A stretch of 64,000 nt of DNA from Takakia lepidozioides (taxonomy: Eukaryota > Plantae > Bryophyta), in NCBI GenBank assembly GCA_030704615.1, contig CM060732.1:56172001-56236000 (forward strand), given 5' to 3'. The notes beneath the pieces were generated by a model, which worked only from the letters and a program-made list of their open reading frames with translations, was not told the DNA's origin and did not search any database. Position 1 is the first letter of the stretch, and each line of letters starts with the position of its first letter. Below, piece after piece: positions 60,501 to 64,000 of the stretch. The position numbers were made by a program, and so were the translations under genes.

Positions 60501-63122
60501 AACCAACAGAGAATTGTGGGCGAGGTACAACCAGCTCCGTAAAGATATCAATCAGCTTGTTAGGTCTCAGAAGAAATTATACTGGGACAAGTTATACAGT
60601 GAAATAAACTCAAACCACCATGGTGGTAATGACAAGAAATTCTGGTTGGCCCTTCAACGTTTGTACAAGCCGAATAACAGTCAGCAAGTACAAGCGCTGA
60701 AGACTACTAAAGGTGCAGTGGTGACTTCATCGGTTGACATTGTCAAAACCTTTGAAACTCACTACAGTATCCTTGGCAGAACTTCTAGGTCTAACAGTGA
60801 GGGGTCTTCTGCTGAATGGAGGGACGCAGTTGGAAAAACTGTTCCTATGATTCAAAACAGCCCTGATGAACTGGAGTATATTTCAATGGCTTATAACGCT
60901 CCCATTAGTTCTTCTGAGATTGTGAAGCAATTGAACATTTAAATGGATATAAAGCTGGTGGACCTGATGGTATTGTCAACGAGCTTATCAAGCACGGTGG
61001 ATCCCATGATAGAGGCCCTAGTTCTCCTCTTTAACCTTATCTGGAGGACTGAAATGATCCCCTTTCGCTGGCGACAGGGGGTCATTGTCAATCTATACAA
61101 GAAGGGTGACAGAGAAGAACCGGGGAACTACCGTGTCATCACGCTCCTCAATGCTGTTGGCAAGACATTCTGCAGAGTTATAAGTACTCGTCTCGAGGTT
61201 GATCTGGAGTCTAGAGGTTGTTTCCACGAAGGCCAAGCTGGCTTTCGGCGAAACAGGGGCTGTGTGGATCATCTTCACTCTAAGCCAGATTATCCAGGGA
61301 AGGAAAAAAGAAGGGAAACCCACTTATGTTTTTTCCTGGATGTCAAAAAGGCTTATGACACAGTGTGGAGAGATGGCCTATGGTTCCGCCTCTGGTCTTG
61401 TGGGATCAAGGAAAAGATGTGGAGAGTTGTCCACAATTTGTATGCTCACACCAAAAGCTGTGTCACTGTTAACGGACAGAAGTCCAACTTCTTTGACATA
61501 GACCAAGGTGTAGCTCAAGGATGTACTCTCTCCCCTGCTCTTCAATGTTTTCATCAATCACCTCCTCGAGGATGTGGAAAGTGAGGGATTTGGGTTAAGG
61601 GTGGGTGATACCACCATACCAGCCCTTATGTTTGCGGATGACTTCGCAGGCATAGGGGAGACTCCAACCAATCTCCAGGAGTTGATTGATTGCGCGAAGA
61701 GATACTTTGATCTTTGGGGGCTAGAGGCTAATGTCAGCAAATGTGCAGTGGTAGCATTCAACGACAGAGGAGAGAGAGGAAGTGATCTTAAGTGGCAGTG
61801 GGGTAGCCAAGAGATCCCGGTCCTCCCTTCCTACACTTACCTGGGCGTTGAGTTTTCCTCCAATTGTAATTGGGATGCACATATCCGGAAAGTTGTTCAA
61901 ACTGGCAAGGGCAAAGCTCTGGGGCTCACTAAATTTTTCCACTGCAGAGGGGTCAACTCTGAGGTTAAGAAAACCATGCTTTGTCGCGTTATTAACCTGC
62001 CTTGGAGTACGGATCTGCAATATGGGTTGATAACTCCAACCAGGCTAAGTCTCTAGAATCCATTCAAGTGGGGGTGCTTAAGGAGTGTATGTCAGCATGC
62101 TCCAAAACAGCCAATGTGGCTGTTCGGGGTGAGTTTGGCATTCCGTCCTTAAGCTCCCGACGAGATGAATTCAAGGTCAGATGGTGGGGTCAGCTGCAAC
62201 ATATGCCCAACACCAGATATCCTAAGTTAATCGACTCTATATCTTGGAAACAGGACTGCCCTGTCAAACAGGCTAAGTCCTGGCAGAAGAGAGTAGAAGA
62301 GATTCTCAAGGACCTGGACCTGGATCCGCAAGTCTTGACCCTGCTGGATAAATCTGACTTAGAGGCTGTAGTGTCCAAAGCCATGTCTGTTGCCATGAGA
62401 TTGTCTGATGAAAATGAAGTTAGGCAGAAAACTTCCCTGAACTTGTTTCCAGTCAGTGGCATGGGGGAGGACATCTTGGATGACCTCAAGGGTCTACCCA
62501 CTCTTGGCACTAGACTGAAATTTAAACTCAGGGCAGGAAGCCATCAAGAGACGCTCTCTTCAAATCTATCAAGGGCCTGTACCCCTGTTTACCAACTTTG
62601 AAAGTCTCGAGGCTGAGCCAAAAGCCCAGGCCCTCCTGAGGCCTAGTTTTTGGGCAAATCACACACAGCAGATTGATGCTTGTGTGAAGGGATTTCTAGA
62701 GGATATCTGGAAAACCCGGATTAATTCTATATATGAAGGTAAGTCTTACTACCAACGTCAGCCCTTGACAGAGGTAGGTTCTGTCCCTTTTGTTCCCGCT
62801 CAAACTGGGCGCGGGGTCAATGGCCACAAGGCTACGGCAAACAACGTCTTATGAGTACAATCTAATTTTCTTTGGATATCTAATTCTGTCAGAATGTTGC
62901 TGAAATGATTTGCAGAGTTGGAGGACAAAGAATCGACAAATGGAAAGCCCACTGCTTAATGGAAACATTCGCCAATACAAAGGCAATATACAACATATGA
63001 TGGCATTCAGGAGGAGTACTCACATCAAAACCATGGACATTAAAGCCTGCATGGAGGAGACTGGTAGCCATGCCAAAGCCCATGGAGCCCAGTCCCAGAA
63101 AAGCCACCTTGGCCTTCCCCAT
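18527..63122 (-). CDS. Multidomain protein: 2x 3-hydroxyacid (L-threonate/HIBADH-family) dehydrogenase + DUF1537 four-carbon acid-sugar kinase + class II ketose-bisphosphate aldolase (At1g18270-like); 42 exons, 4200 nt, ~1399 aa
   Basis: Hand-mapped exons: 63122-63024, 57838-57763, 57071-56991, 56699-56619, 56327-56251, 55927-55873, 55592-55544, 55107-54970, 54411-54330, 54233-54155, 53894-53848, 51711-51514, 50901-50826, 50688-50608, 50104-50024, 49802-49726, 49584-49530, 48972-48924, 47141-47004, 40220-40139, 38692-38614, 38407-38361, 38207-37939, 36194-36107, 35320-35201, 34951-34833, 34483-34411, 34305-34186, 33741-33673, 32824-32645, 28539-28492, 28084-27943, 27563-27466, 26888-26744, 26552-26467, 26327-26217, 21661-21587, 21280-21215, 21004-20816, 19744-19634, 19154-19074, 18709-18527. 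The total length is a multiple of 3. Motifs: GLGSMG/GLGAMG, DAPISGG/DAPVSGG, KLVNNLL/KMVNQLL, VLDDDPTGTQ, RGDSTLRGHFP, KGGITSSD, HLDHG, SVMVDGS, GNVHG, LVLHGASG, KFNVNTE. Confidence 0.93.
19812..20560 (-). mobile_element. LINE family B, 5'-truncated 3' fragment
   Basis: RFRVGSHNLRIETGRW...CPAC...ETEEHFF zinc-knuckle region, followed by the 3' stem-loop and (GAAAT)n on +. Confidence 0.9.
22978..23500 (+). mobile_element. LINE family B 3' fragment (near-identical to 24930-25465)
   Basis: ORF 23046..23510; ends ...gttataaagcaccatttcatttcattt. Confidence 0.9.
23530..25469 (+). mobile_element. LINE family B, 5'-truncated RT-encoding copy
   Basis: RT motifs NYRTI, QAGFR, FVDFHKAFDSV, GVKQGCPLSPTLF, LLYADY, YLG; C-terminal CCHC finger; CATTTCATG duplicated at 23521-23529 and 25461-25469. 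Confidence 0.93.
25495..26160 (+). mobile_element. Older degenerate LINE B 3' fragment(s)
   Basis: Same finger region and catttcattt tails, diverged. Confidence 0.8.
28230..28450 (+). mobile_element. Degenerate internal fragment of a LINE A-like element
   Basis: Homologous to 43130-43430 (aagcatggcggcgatcccat, gtcattgtcaatct). Confidence 0.75.
28857..31920 (-). mobile_element. LINE family B, 5'-complete but internally deleted copy (5'UTR, ORF1, APE remnant, RT C-half)
   Basis: GC-rich 5' leader 31920-31847; ATG at 31846 (MSSYKRQRTDDEDG); coiled coil; RRM/CTD-type IERAWRAG...YLNDDLT; endonuclease remnant (GHHLLKFCEVQGLVIYNGT) fused by deletion to SNIGVKQGCPLS; CATTT tail at 28857. Confidence 0.88.
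32102..32600 (-). mobile_element. LINE B 3' fragments
   Basis: RFRVGSHNLRIETGRW finger region and a separate 3'-end stub at ~32530-32595. Confidence 0.85.
33290..33575 (+). mobile_element. LINE B 3' fragment
   Basis: Near-identical to 25180-25465. Confidence 0.9.
33921..34142 (-). mobile_element. LINE A 3' fragment
   Basis: Reverse complement of the A terminus; imperfect TSD ctaatatgataga / ctaatagaataga. Confidence 0.85.
35550..35925 (+). repeat. Cluster of ultra-short LINE B 3'-end stubs
   Basis: About five copies of gagcttt/ccc..ggac/t.ttataaag..ccatttcattt. Confidence 0.8.
36360..37875 (+). mobile_element. Stacked LINE B 3' fragments, with nested LINE A stubs at 37405-37479
   Basis: Repeated B finger/3' ends; two inverted A termini between three gcagataga copies. 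Confidence 0.85.
38875..39640 (-). mobile_element. Stacked LINE B 3' fragments
   Basis: ORF 39218..39490 finger region; multiple (GAAAT)n tails. Confidence 0.88.
41221..41621 (+). repeat. 141-bp (47-aa) in-frame tandem repeat x3 in the LINE A N-terminus
   Basis: Units start at 41221, 41362 and 41503 (PKC.EP.R...EGFGTLNGLPILKVYTRR). Confidence 0.95.
43690..44015. repeat. 95-bp tandem repeat x3.4 with internal hairpins, part of a 610-bp foreign insert
   Basis: Units at 43695, 43790, 43885 and 43980; stem agggacttagcc-N7-ggctaagtccct. Confidence 0.95.
45920..46720 (+). mobile_element. LINE B fragments with an inverted LINE A stub at 46287-46354
   Basis: B 3' ends; A stub flanked by TSD agactgcggacaga at 46273-46286 and 46355-46368. 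Confidence 0.88.
47530..48890 (-). mobile_element. Older diverged LINE A-related RT fragment
   Basis: ORF 48002..48403 MWRMVHNLY...DQGVAQGCTHSPLLFNVFINQLL...LMFVDDF, homologous to 44325..44762. Confidence 0.9.
49075..49282 (-). mobile_element. LINE B 3' fragment
   Basis: EHFFFYCPLYYEIRGRLHC. Confidence 0.85.
51970..53600 (-). mobile_element. Degenerate LINE B copy interrupted by a LINE A insertion
   Basis: SNIGVKQGCPL, finger region and 3' stem-loop/tail at ~51970-52030. Confidence 0.85.
52847..53217 (+). mobile_element. LINE A 5'-truncated copy
   Basis: Essentially identical to 45522-45887; 15-bp TSD tctcaatagcagtta at 52832-52846 and 53218-53232. Confidence 0.95.
56817..56920 (-). mobile_element. 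LINE B 3'-end stub
   Basis: (GAAAT)n-ggtgctttataac..ccacggaaagctcatagagcttatgggacaaaa. Confidence 0.85.
58458..62860 (+). mobile_element. LINE family A, slightly 5'-truncated near-full copy in intron 1
   Basis: Highly similar to 40798-45887; 15-bp TSD tctaattttctttgg at 58443-58457 and 62861-62875; finger region deleted at ~62542; several 1-bp indels. Confidence 0.95.
58627..58805. other. 179-bp AT-rich insert with three GC hairpin motifs inside LINE A
   Basis: Absent from the 40428-45887 copy, where catggc-atggtacca-tctcgag is contiguous. Confidence 0.85.
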
Positions 63123-64000
63123 AGCTAGTTCCTTTTACCTTATGGCAATAATGGGGGTGAATATCCACCCTCCTAAGCCCTGCCGACACAACTGCCCACA
63201 AACCTCCTTGTCAAAATTGTCATCCTGGAAAGCAAAGGGACACATACAATAGCTTGGTGACCGATATAGGAGAGGATAGTACAAGTTCATCTCTCCTCCT
63301 CTGACGCTCAACTCGGGACTTAACGTTCTTCCCATGAAGAATGAAAAGCCCATCGCGCAGTGTTAGCCATAATAATGTCGTTGATCAGTAATTAGTTCGA
63401 CCATAAATGGGGGCTACCATTGTAGATATGATCTGGGCGATTACCCAGGAAAACCAACCTGGAAGCTTTCTGCAAGGATTTGATTGAATGAGATCGATGA
63501 GGAGACACAAATATAACCTGACTCCAAATGTTTTCTGCTAGCTTCACAAAACCATGTAATCATGTGGCGCACCTAATCTTTTAAATGATAAAACCGTTGA
63601 AATCAAAATGTCAAATCCACACTGAAGTACACAGCTTCTACTTCAAATGCTATAAAATGTGTAAATTTAGTTGGTAGTTCAAAGCATTTGTGCCTGGTAT
63701 TCAAAGTGACTAATTTCGCATGAATTCGAAACAGGAACGATTTTCCTCTCGCTCTCTGAATCATCCTGTTTGTCACGAAACGGATGAGCACTCGACTCAA
63801 GTAGAAAACCCTGTTCTTTCAACAAAGTACTACACTAACAGAAATACTGCATTCTCCGTTTCTCAATCACAATCGACAGCTGGAGATGGTGAGCTAATGA
63901 CCATCCATCAAGGTTCATTTTATCCCAATCTCACCTCAGAATTGCTGAGCCCAAACTGATCCCTGAAGTAGTTAGACCACTGGCCGCTGCGAAGTAGGAT

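Noticed and set aside
60900-62600. Programmed frameshifts in LINE A
   Set aside because: The indel positions differ between the two copies, so they reflect decay or sequencing error.

Overview
Land-plant nuclear DNA with spliceosomal introns; the PLS-PPR relic and the LINE types suggest a seed-free plant (inference). The layout has four parts. (1) 1-1613 holds the 5' exon of a histidine-phosphatase/phosphoglycerate-mutase-like gene (-). (2) About 3.0-11.9 kb is a decayed mobile block bracketed by a 42-bp direct repeat. It contains an intron-containing beta-class DNA amino-methyltransferase (N4-mC/N6-mA type) pseudogene, a PLS-class PPR fragment and a CACTA (En/Spm) Tnp2 transposase, all on +. 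(3) 14880-16788 is a two-exon F-box gene (+). (4) 63122-18527 (-) is a complete 42-exon, ~1399-aa gene encoding a 2x NAD-dehydrogenase + DUF1537 kinase + class II aldolase fusion (At1g18270-like). Its introns are inflated by two non-LTR retrotransposon families. Family A ends in ...TGAGTACAA, has no poly(A), and makes TSDs starting with TCT. Family B ends in a stem-loop plus a (CATTT)n tail. The most notable candidate system is the transposon-linked amino-methyltransferase. Other points of interest are sequence-biased insertion of LINE A into LINE B, and structured filler DNAs captured in the LINE A copies.
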